NCBI GenBank assembly: GCA_012517905.1
Contig: JAAYUE010000034.1
Coordinates: forward strand, 6,752-70,751
DNA from: Clostridiales bacterium
GTDB lineage: Bacteria; Bacillota; Clostridia; Christensenellales; CAG-138
Reading direction: 5' to 3'
Length of the DNA: 64,000 bases
Positions 12,001-24,000 of this stretch are shown here, in pieces; the stretch's first letter is position 1; each line of letters starts with the position of its first letter. Made by a program: the position numbers and the translations under genes. The notes beneath the pieces were generated by a model, which saw only the letters and a program-made list of their open reading frames with translations, was not told the DNA's origin and ran no database searches.

Positions 12001-15000
12001 AAGCGTCGGCGCGTTCGCCATCGGCATCGCCGTGATCGGAAAGCTTTATGCGGCGTCGATTTCCTGCGACAACACCATCGCGAATATCACCGGCGCAGAA
12101 GTAAACGCCGCCAGCGTCAATATCGACGCCAAGGGCAATACGATCTGCCGCACCTACAGCGGTCAACCCGGCTCGGTCAATCTGGCCGACGTGAGTACGC
12201 TGCAGGGCGTTGCGGCGATCGGCTCTACCGACAACTCTGCGCAGAATACGGTAAAAGCGTACGTCGGCAGCGGGGCGGCCATCGTCACGAGCGGGGACGT
12301 CACCATATCGGCCTATAACGCGGGCGACGTGCAGATGCTCGCAAAACAGGGGGTCAGCGTCAATGGCGTTCATGTTGCAAACGCTTCGCTGACAAGCTAC
12401 GCCTTCATGGTGACACAGGCCGGCGTCTACGCGGGGGCTTCCGTGACCACAAACACCAAGAACGGCGACGTAGAGATCTACGCGCACGATTATCTGCACG
12501 AATATGAATATGTCGGCGGCGGCACAAACGTCAGCCTCCTCGGCAGTTCGGATCACACTTATGCTCAGAACAACGGCAACCAGAAGGTTACCGTCACGAT
12601 CGACGGCAGGATCGACGCCATGGGTTCGGTCTATATCCACACCGATTCCGACGCGTACCAGTACGCCAAGAGCGGCAGTTCGAGTGTCAGCATCTTCTAC
12701 GGCGGAACAAAAGTTTACGCTTACAATTACCTGACGCGCACTGTGAACATCGATTTCGGAGCGGCGGCTCGCGTTTCCGCGGATTACGGCACGCTGACTG
12801 TTCTCGCCCTCTCCGGTCAGAACGACAATATCTATGGAACGGTTTCCGGTTACTCCGGTGCCGCGGTTGCCGTTGTCGACGGCGAAGTGACCAACAGCTT
12901 CAACGGCACGACGCAGGTGAATATTGCGGGCGGCGCGGTGATTACGAATACGTTCGGTACGATTCGGCTGACCGCGACGGGCGGCAACAAGAGCAACGGT
13001 GCGTACCTCGACTTCTCCGGCTATGGCCTCGGCAGCGATACGGACGTCCATACCAATGTTACAAGCGACAACACTTCCAAGGTCAACATCGGCATGACGG
13101 GCACCGCGCAGGCGATCATCACCGGTAAAAACGTCTATATCAGCGCCACGATGGGCGCCTTGAAGGTGATGTCCAACTGCCGCGGCAAGAGCTCCGGCCT
13201 CTATGCGGAGTCTACGGTTTACGCCTACGTATGGTCGGATATCATCAGTGAAATCAACGCCGCAAAAGCCTACATCGCGGCTTACGACGACCTGAATCTC
13301 ACGGCCAATCCCACGCCGACCAGTTCGGGCGATCATCTCTCCGCCATCTCCTATTCCCGTGTGACGGGGCTGTTCGGATATGTGCTGTCGCACTCCAAAG
13401 TGTCCGGCGTCGGCAGAACGACCATGAACTTTACGGCCGATACCGACATCGTCGGCGACGACGTGACCGTTACGCTCACGAAGTTCGCCGGGCGCGTCAA
13501 CATCCGCGCCACCGGCGTGCGCCGTGCGCTCGCGAAGAAAGACGTTTACGAAGACGCATACTTTACGCGCACGATCACGGGCAGCGTCTCGGCGGCGGTC
13601 TATCACATCGGCGACGCGGCGGCGGGCATCGCGCTCGATATCGCGGCGGACGGTACCGTTCGCAGCGTCGGGCTCAGAACCGATTATAACGGCACGCAGA
13701 TGCTCACCACGCTGCCGACGCTCTCCAACAACCTCGGCGGCACGCTGACGATGCGCGGCATCACGCTGAGCTCCGCAACGAAGGTGTACTCCGTGCAGTA
13801 CGTGCCGTATGTGACCATTACGATCCACCGCATGGACGATGCGGAGATCACGATCGGCATGATCGACATCTACAACGAGGACGTCATCCGCGCGCTCGTG
13901 TATAATTCCCCGGCGAATATTCTCTCGGTCAGCGAATCGAAGACCCCGGCGATCACCATCACGAACTACAGCGCGGGCAATATCCGGCTCAGCGGCCTGA
14001 TTGCGAACGAAAACGGTTCGGTTACGATCGAGTGGGTCGGCGAAACCGGCGGCGCGCTGACCGGAACCTCCGTGGTGCGCGGCCTTGCGCAGGGCGAACC
14101 GCGCGTCGCGCCGATCTGGACGAATGCGCTGACGATCACCGGCGCGGCGACGGTCGGCACGGCGCTGGAAGCGCTGCCCGTCTACCTCAACGCGTATGAG
14201 CCGACCACGAACTCCTTCATCGATCCGAGCGTGATCATCACGGCGTCCGGCGATATCAATGTGGAGCTCACGATTGTGGATATCACGCTCGTCGGCACCC
14301 TTCCGGCAACGGTTGACACGAGCGCGGTGCCCGGCAGCCTGCGGCTGAACAACATCACCTCCGCCGGCGGCGACGTTGCCGTCGATCTGCCCGTTGCCAT
14401 GCGGCTCGTCTACACGGCAAACGGATCGTCGTATGTCATGTGCGTGCCGGGTTCGTTCCAGCTCACGTCCGATATGGTGAACACCACGGGCATCACGCTG
14501 AGCCTGACCGACCTCGTCAAGTTCCGGATGTCCCAGTCGAACACGACAAGCCGCGTGGAACTCAACCGCAACGGCATCATCTATTACGGCTATGTGCTGG
14601 ATACCGGCAGCGGAACGGTCTACCTCTACGCGGTGAACGGCGGAACCGACTATTACACGCTGGACAGCGCAACCTCGACGCTGGTGCTGTATACCGATAC
14701 CTTCGACGCCAGCACGCTGACCAACTGGATGACCACAAGCAGCGAATCCATCTACCTGTTGCCCAACGGCGCGACGCTCTATATCACCGACGGACGCGTT
14801 TCCCGCGTGACGGCCTATGCCGCTGGCAGCGACGGCGCGGAATTCCTCGCCTATCTCTACGGATACGATTCGGCCACCAATTCGCTGCTGCTGGAGGACG
14901 GCCTCGTCCGGCTCGACCTCGATACGGGCGTCATCACCATGAGCTCCGATTACGAGGGCGATTATCTGTGGTATCTGGATTATAACGGCGGCTGGCTGAT

Positions 15001-18000
15001 CGGCGCGGATTCCACGGTAACCTCAAAGGGCATCTACGACATTCTCAAGCTGACGTCGAATACGTCGAACGAGCTGGAAGAAACGTCCGTAACCGATCAA
15101 AACTGGTTCACGCAGGTTGTCGGCGCGTATACCTATCGGTTTGACTTCGTGTATGCGCAGACCAACTACCTCGTGAACCGTCCCGACGGCGCGATCTTTA
15201 TCAACATTGCGCTGCGCTTCGGCGATACCGCCGCGCGCAACTACGTGATCGTAACGCGCGAAAAGGACGGCGTCTCCGAGATGGTCGGCCTGTATCCGCT
15301 TGAGCAAAGCTATACGCTTTTCAATGCGAAGGCATCGTATTATCTGAACCAGACCGACAGTACCAGCTCGGAAATCGTGCCCCTGCCCAACTATAACCCG
15401 AGCGATACCGAGCATACGTACCAGAACTACGTCGTCTACCACAACGTCACGCAGAACCGGTATTATACGATCGCCATTCCCAATACCGATTACTCGCTGT
15501 GCACGGTGTATGTGTTTACGTACAGCTATTACGTGACGCAGCTGCAAATCGCGCCGGTTGGTTCTTCCACCTATACGGACCAGGGCAGCCCCGTCACGAG
15601 CACGTCTGTCTGGGTCAGCCCCAGCACATATGACAGCAGCTTCGCGCTGTTGACCGCCAATACGACCGGATCGACGGACGCGGATGTCATTGCGAACATC
15701 AACTCCGCAGTGAAGTACCAGTGCGCGGCGGATCTGAACACCGTCGGCGCGTATAACTATCACTATTACACCGCTTCCTGGCCGGATGTGCTGCAGATAA
15801 TGGGATTCCAGTACCGGATCGCCGCCGGCCCGCTCGCTATTCCGGGGGACTCGGTTTACTACAGCGCGGTCATGCTGAGCCTCGGCAGCGCGATTACCCT
15901 GCAAACCTGGCTCGAGAACGTTACGGGCGACGACGGCAGTCCGCGAACCGTGCCTGTGTATGGGTATACGCTGCAGGTTGGATCGGTTGCCGATCGGCTC
16001 GCGACGCCTGATCTGAACTCCGTTACGCGCAAGATCTATATCAGCGTCGAATATCTCTATACGTACAGCAGCCAGACTTACCGCATGGAGATCGTCGGCA
16101 CCACCGCGAATGAGACCAACGTCGTTTATCAGACCGCGTCGTCGTCGTCGACCTCGGCACGCAATCTGGTCTTTACCCGCCAGATCTATACGCTGAGCGA
16201 TATCGACTACGCCGTGATTGCGATGAATGCCTCCAGCGGCCTGACGAGCGCGCAGATCGGCGTCAACGGCTCCGGCGAATACTTCATCAGCCCGCTCGTG
16301 ATCAAAGATACGGATAACGGACAGATCTTCATCAGCCCGTACGTCAGCGTGGTCAAGAATACGGGCGTGCTGAAATCGACCGCCTATGGCAACACCGTAA
16401 CCGGCGATGAAGATACGGGTTACACCTATTCGACGACCGGGCCGGAATATTTCACGATGAACCTTGCTACCGGCGTGTTCTCTTGGGTGGGCAGGATGAC
16501 CACGACCGTAGACGGCGGCGGCCAGTTTAACGGGGTTACGCTCACGACGCAGCCGATGTATATGCAGGTCATCACCGAAAACGTCGCGCAGGCGTTTGAC
16601 GGAACCTACTGGTATAACAACGCTGGCACCTGGGTTGTGGCGCAGAAATCCAGCGGAAGCATCTCCGACAGCACCGGCATTACGATCTCCTACAACGGCC
16701 ATCCGCTCGTTCGCATCTACACCGATTCCGCCTCGGGCATGCTCGCGCACGACGTGTACAATTCCAGCGACGTTGTGATCTACACCGTCTTTGAGGACGG
16801 CAGCTATACGCTGCCCGGCAGCAGCACGGCGGTGCTCACCTCGAAGGTGGCGGACGTGACCGGCAGCGCCGAAACCTATTATATCGGCACGATCAACGCC
16901 CCCTCGTCGGGTAAAACCGTTTGGCTGACCATGCACGACGCCGGCGGCAGTCTGCTGGATATCGACAGCGTCGTTTCGGGCAACACGGCGGTCAACATCA
17001 CCGCGGGCGGCGCCGTGACTCTCGCGGCGGACAGCGCCGGCTCGTTCGGTTCGGCATCCGATCCGATCGTGATCAATACGCCGGAGATCCGCTTCCGCAC
17101 GCCGGCGGATGCCGACACGGCGGCCGTTGCGATCAACGCGTATCTTGAGCTGCCGGACGGCGTCACGCTCTCCATGGAAGCCGGAACGCCGATCAAATCC
17201 ACCCTTGAGATCACGGGCGACGGCGATCTTGCCGTCAGCGGCGGCATCACCGTCGGCACCACGGGCGCCGGCGCAAGAGCGGGGCATCTGACCATTTCGC
17301 TCAACAGCGTGTCGCTCGAAGGCCTGATGGTCCGCAACGGCTCCGCCGCGATTCACTCGGCGGCCGATCTGATCCTGAGCGGCGTATCCTGCCTGAGCGG
17401 CACGACGCTGACGCTGGAATCCGACGAAGACATCACCGTCAACGGCACGCTGACGGCGAGCGGCGACACGACGATCGACGCTTCGGGCGACGTCACCGTG
17501 ACGGGCACGATTTCGGGCGTCTTCACGCAGACGGACGACGGGCTCACCATCAGCGGCGGGAATATCCTGCTTGCCGATATTGTTCTTACGAACAACTCCT
17601 CCACGGCAAAGACGCTGACCATCACCGCGCTTGGAACGCTGACGACGGGGAACCTGACGCTCATCGGCATCGACTTTGAGCCCACGAGCGCAGGCGATAC
17701 GACGATCGGCGGCGATATTCTGATCGATCCTTCGACCGTCACGCAGACCGTGACGGACGGTGACCTGACGCTGAACGGAACCGTGACGGTGACCGACGGC
17801 AGCAGCTTCATCATCGTCGTCACCGGCGGCAACGTGATCTTCAATCAAAACGTACTCTCCGCCGGCGGCGCGACGCTGGACATCACCGCGACGGCCGGTT
17901 CCCTTGCGGGCGCGGTCGGTTCGGTGTCGTTCAACGCGCTGATGGAGATTGCCGCCGCGACGCTGAATGTCTCCGCGGACGGGGATATCGCGTTTGCCGA

Positions 18001-21000
18001 GGGCATGACCGCGGCGGATACCTTTACCTTCGGCGGAATTACCTATAACGTATACAGCGACGGCGACCAGAAGACGTACTTCGAACACGGCGGCGTCTAC
18101 TATGTGTTCGACGGCGCGATGACCCCGGCCGTGCCGACCGGCTCGGTGACGAAGCTCAGCGGAAGCACGGTTTCGCTCGACAGCACGTCCGGCGGGCTGA
18201 CGCTGGCATCCGGCAGCGGCGACTACAAACTGACCGCGCAAAACACCGCGCTCTCGATTACGGTCTACGGCGACATCTTGATCGATACGCTCGTGGTTAC
18301 CGGCGAGGATGCGACGATCGGCACCACGACGGGCAATATTTCGGGCGGCAACTGGACGGCGACGAACGCCGACATGACGATCTCCGCCGGCGGCGATCTG
18401 ACCGGCGACAACTGGACCTTTACGAATAATGCGACGACGGTGACCGCGGGCGGCGCGATCAGCGGCGACACGTGGCGCTTTGTCAACGCCGCGCTGACGA
18501 TGACCGCGGTGCAGGATATCACGCTGACCACCCTGCTGACGGTGAACAACAAACTCGCTTCGACGGCAAAGGCCGTCTCGATCACGAGCACCGGCGGCGG
18601 ATTTACGAGCCCGGTCTTCACGATCATCGGCAGCGACACCGCGGGCGGAAGCTATACGGTGAGCACCGAAACCGACATCTCGATCGGCACGCTGACCGCG
18701 ACGAACGCGGACGGCGCGATCACCACGGCTAGCGGCAAACTCGACGGCGGCGCGTGGAGCGTAACGGGCGGCGCGCTGATCGTGGAAGCGGAACAAGACA
18801 TTGCGCTGACCGTCGGATTGACGGTGGATAACGCGAGCGCCGCGACGAAAGCCGTCTCCTTCACGAGCGTGAGCGGCGGGTTTACCAGCCCGAGCGTCGT
18901 CGTGACGGGCGGCAGTTACGCCATCGATACCGAGACGGATATCGCCATCGACACGCTGACCGCGACAGGCGCGGACGGCACGATCACCACGCAAAACGGC
19001 AAACTCGACGGCGAGACCTGGAGTATCACCGGCGGCGCGCTCACGGCGGAAGCGAAGAACGACATCACCCTGACGGACGGCCTCGTCGTGGACAACGCAT
19101 TGGCAACCGCAAAGGCAGTGTCGCTCACGAGCAGGCTTGGCGGCGTTACCGCAGGGCGGGTCGAACTCACGGGCGGCGCGCTCGCCATCGTGGCGGCGGC
19201 GGATATCGCCATCGACACGCTGACCGCGACGGGCTACGAGAGCCTCGCCATCTCCTCGTTGCGGGATGCGTCGGGCGCAGTTACCTATGACAACGAAGCG
19301 CTCGCGACCGGCGGCGGTTCCATCTCGGGCGGCACATGGTCGCTCAGCAACGCCGCGCAAAAGGATGCGAACATCGTCGGATATGCGGATATCCACTTGA
19401 CTGACGGCATCACGCTCGACAGCGCGAGGCTGAATCTGGTCTCGACGACGAAGGGCTTCGCCGCGCAGGCCGTCAACGTGTTCAACGGCAGCAGCCTGAC
19501 GGTCCGCACCGCGACCGATATCGCGATCGCTCAGCTCAAGGGCAAGAACAGCAGGCTCTACCTGACCTCCCTGCACCAGAACGGCCGGTCGGTCGGAACG
19601 CGGAATACCGCGACGGGCGGCGGCAAACTTGCCGCGTCGAGCGTCGAGCTGACGAGCTGCGACACGACGGTCACCGTTTGGGACGACGTCACGGTGAGCG
19701 AAACGCTTGAGGCGTCCGAAGACGACGCCGACCCAGACCCAGACCCGAGTATTTTAACGATCACATCCGTACACGGCGGCTTCACGCTGGCGGATCATGA
19801 CGCAGCGGAAACGTTCCTCAGCGTCACCGATACGCAGTTCGGCCTGCATGTGGCGGCGGATATCGTCATCGATCATCTGATCATCACCGACAGCAACGCA
19901 ACGATCACCGCGCTGGCCGACGCAAACGGGCTCGCGGTTGATTCGCTTGCGTCCGCGGCGGGCGGCGGCGACTTTACCGCCAAGACCGTCACCGTAACCA
20001 ACGGCACGGCGGACGATCTCGTCACGGCGATCCTTGCCTGGATGGATCTGACCATCGCGAGCGACGAAAACGACGACGGAAACGGCCTGCCGGACAACAA
20101 CGTGCTCTCGGCCGTGAACGCCGGGGCGGGCGCGCTTACCCTGACGCTTCGCGCGGCGAACGGCAACCTGCTCTCGAACAGCTGGTTTGACGGCTGGTAT
20201 TTCGACAACGTGACGGCACAGATCACGGCGGGCGGGTTTATTGTGGCGCAGGATTCCGTCACCGTGGTCAACGGCTCGGATGTCACGATCACCGCGAATG
20301 TCGACGCATACGCTTCCGTCGATTTCGGCGACGGCACGCGCTACGCGATCTATGAAGACGGCGACGGATTGCGCTACTATACGGCGGATCCGAGCGTGGA
20401 CGGCGACTGGTACACGATGTCCGTCACGCTGCCGTTCCATCTCGAAAAAGTATTCATGACGACCTGGACGCCGTCCGGCGCGGCGGCGGGTTCGCTGTAT
20501 CTCGTGGTCAGCACCGAAACCATCGCGCTGACGCGAGTATTCGGCGGCACGTTTACCTGCGCGGACTATATTTGGGATTCCGACGGCGACCGCGTGGTGA
20601 CGGACGCCGACGCGCGCGAGGAAAGCGCGGTCACGGTCGATTCCGGCAGCGCGCTGACCGTCCATACGGCGCACGACGCCACGCTGGAGCACCTGAGCAT
20701 CACCGACGGCAGCGAAGCTGTCGTCACCTCCGACGCGGGCAGCGCGTTCTTCCGCACGGTTGCCGTCAACGACGGCACGCTCGGCGTGACCGCGTACGAA
20801 GACATCGAAATCTGGGACGCCCTGACGCTGGAAAACGACAGCGAGGCGACGCTGATTGCGCAGCAGGGCGGCGTTTACAGCACGGACAGCGCGAACAACG
20901 AGCTGGGCATCTGCCAGTTCTTCCTGCTGACGGATTCCGTGCTGACGATCCTCGCGCATACCAACGTCGCGATCAGCCACCTGACGGCGACGAGCAGCAC

Positions 21001-24000
21001 GATCGACATCACCGCGCAAACCGGCAGCTTTACCGGAAAGACGATCGTCCTCGACCAGACCACGGCAACCTATACGATCTATGGCGATATCATTCTGGAA
21101 AGCGACGAGAACGATTCGCCTGATTTCCATAGCTCCGGCAACGAGGTGCTCACGGCCACCGACAGCACGGTGACTTTCGTAAGCGCGAGCGGGGACATGC
21201 GCTCCGACAGCATCCACGATTCCTGGGTGATCACGCGCAGCACGCTCGATATCACGCTCGCGGCGGGCAGTCTGATCGTGCGCGATTCCGTATCGATCAC
21301 CGACCAGAGCACCGTGACGATCCTGACGCAGTCCGGCGGCGCGGCTATGCGGACGTTCGGCGGGGATACCTATTATGCCTACACCGACGGAACGCGCGAA
21401 TTCTATACGCTCGACGCGATTCTGACCGGCAGCTCCGTGTTCTACATCGAGTCCGCGCTGACGGCGGGCCTGCTGCTCGAGTACGACGTTTCCGAACTGA
21501 CGCTTACGCAGCTGTTCAACGGCCGCGTGATCACCGCCGACTATCGCAAGGGCGACATCCCGCTCTGCCCCGTTGAGATCATTCCGGGCCGCGAGGAGAC
21601 GTTCTGGCTCGTGGTCGACAGCGCGCTGACGATTCACGCGGCGTCCGAGGTGGAGATCAGCCACTTCACGGCGCAGAATTCCGACGTGGTCATCACCTCC
21701 CTGACGACGGGCGGCGCCATGACGACGACGGGAACCGGCGCAAACGGCGGCGGCGGATACACCGGCAAGACGCTTCGCTTCATCGGCGGCGAGGATCGCG
21801 GAAGCTTTGAACTGACGGTCTGGGGCGACATCGTCATCCTCAACGACGAAAACGACAACGACGAGGTCCACGGAGCGGATGTGTTTACGCTCACGGACGC
21901 CGAGGCCGCGCTGACCTCCGTCAACGGCGGCGTGAATTCCGGCAGCGTTCACGATCTCTGGACGATTACCAACAGCGCGCTGATCGTTACGGCGCAGCTC
22001 GGCGCCGACATCGGCGAGGGCGGTACGATCACCGACAGCGACGTCGTCTTTATCCTCCACACCGGCGGATTTACCGCCAACGATTCCGAAACGAACAAGG
22101 ACACCTGCAGCGGCGACAGCGTCGTTGCCGGCAGGGACGAAAGCGAACTCAATCTGGTCCACAGCACGCTGATCGTACAGGCGGCGGCGGATATCGACAT
22201 CAGCCACCTGGTTCTGACGGATTCCGTCGCGACGATCTCCAGTCTGGCTAACGCCGCGGGCGAGAGTCTCGCCTACGGCAGCACCGCCGTGGCGGGCGGC
22301 GCGCTGACGGCGCGCACGATCCTGGTCGTCAACAGCGCGTTGATGATGGATATCTGGGGCGATCTCACCATCGCAAACGACGAAAACGACGGCGCGGCGT
22401 TCCACGACGACGGAAACGTGCTGACCGTTTACAGCGACGGTGCGAGCGCGAAGGTCGACTGGGCGTCTACGCTTGCCCTTCCGATCTATCGCGGCGTGAC
22501 CATCACAAGCCACGTCGGCGGCGTGTATTCGAACACCGATCACGACAGCTGGTATATCGAGTCCTCCGTCGTGACCATTCAGGTCAGAGAGGACGTGGTC
22601 ATCCGCGACACCGTGCGGGTGCTGGCGAGGCAGGAGACCCTGAGTCTCAACGGAAAGACCTACACCGTCTACGATTACGACGGCATCACCTGCTACTATG
22701 ACGGCGAGAATTATTACCTGCTGGAAGGCGGCGCGCTGGCGCTCTTCAGCGAGACGGCGAACTTCTACGAAACGCATCTGATCAGCCAGAGCGATTATCA
22801 GATCGTGCAGGATGCAGATACGTATTATTACCACAAGCTCACCGGCGTCGGCGGGTATTATGTCATGGCGGACGGCGACCTGACGGCGGTTACGGACGCG
22901 GTCCTGCTTGCGCGGCTTGTTTCCGCATCCCCGGTTACGCTCGGCGGCGAGGCGACGTTTGAGCTGTTTGAGAATCCCAGCGGCGGCGTGTACCTCAAGC
23001 TGAACGGCTTCTTCTACATGTTCCAGGACGGCAGCTTCGCGCCGGTCATCGATTTCTCGAGAATGAAGCCGGTGGACGGCTCCGTATTGACCATCACGAG
23101 CACCGTCGGCGGGCTGACGAACGCGGACTATGACGCCGTGTCCTGCAACAAGGATTCGAATTACCCCGGCCGCGAGGAGAGCGCGTGGATCATCGATGGC
23201 TCCACGGTCACGGCGCAGATGGGCGGATCTATCGAGATCAGCCACCTGACGATCGACAACTCCGTCGTCACGCTGAGCAGTCTGACCATCGGCGGCGAGT
23301 CCGTGCCAGTCGGCACGGGCAGCTACACCGTTTGGCTCCACAGCGACGAAACCACCGGACAAACGCTCTATTACTTCCAGAACGGCAAGTATTATCTCTA
23401 CGTTTCCGGCGCGCTGGTCGAGGCGGCCAAGCCGGACACCGGAGATTTCATCGCCGTCAACGAAGGAACGAGCTACATCCTTTACAAGTATGCCGGCACG
23501 CTGTACTACCGCAGCGGGGATACGTATTATCTGTTTACCGAAGCGAACTACGTGATGAACCGCGAGGTGCTCTCCGACGAGTCGAAGGAAGAGCTGGTCG
23601 CCATATCGTCCGGAAACGAATACGCGGCGTTCGTCAGCTGGGACGAAGCCAACCAGATTTCGTGGATGTACTATACGATGACCGGCAGCGACTGGTACAA
23701 GCTCGAACTCACCATGGACGTGGACAACGTCTTCCACGCGGTGCTGAAGGCGATCGACCTGGCGTATGTGCCGACGAACGTCGTACAGGTGAAGGACGGC
23801 AGCACGGGCCTGTATCACGCCTACAAGCTCTTTATGGACGAGAGCGACGGCAGGCTCTACTACGTCTACGACAACAGCTATTACGCCTACGAGCGCGAAA
23901 CCTTCACCATGGAAGCGCAGACCGCCACCAGCATGGCGGCGATTCACGGCGACACGGCAAATCCGATGCAGCTGGTCGATCCGCAGTACGTCTCGGGCGG

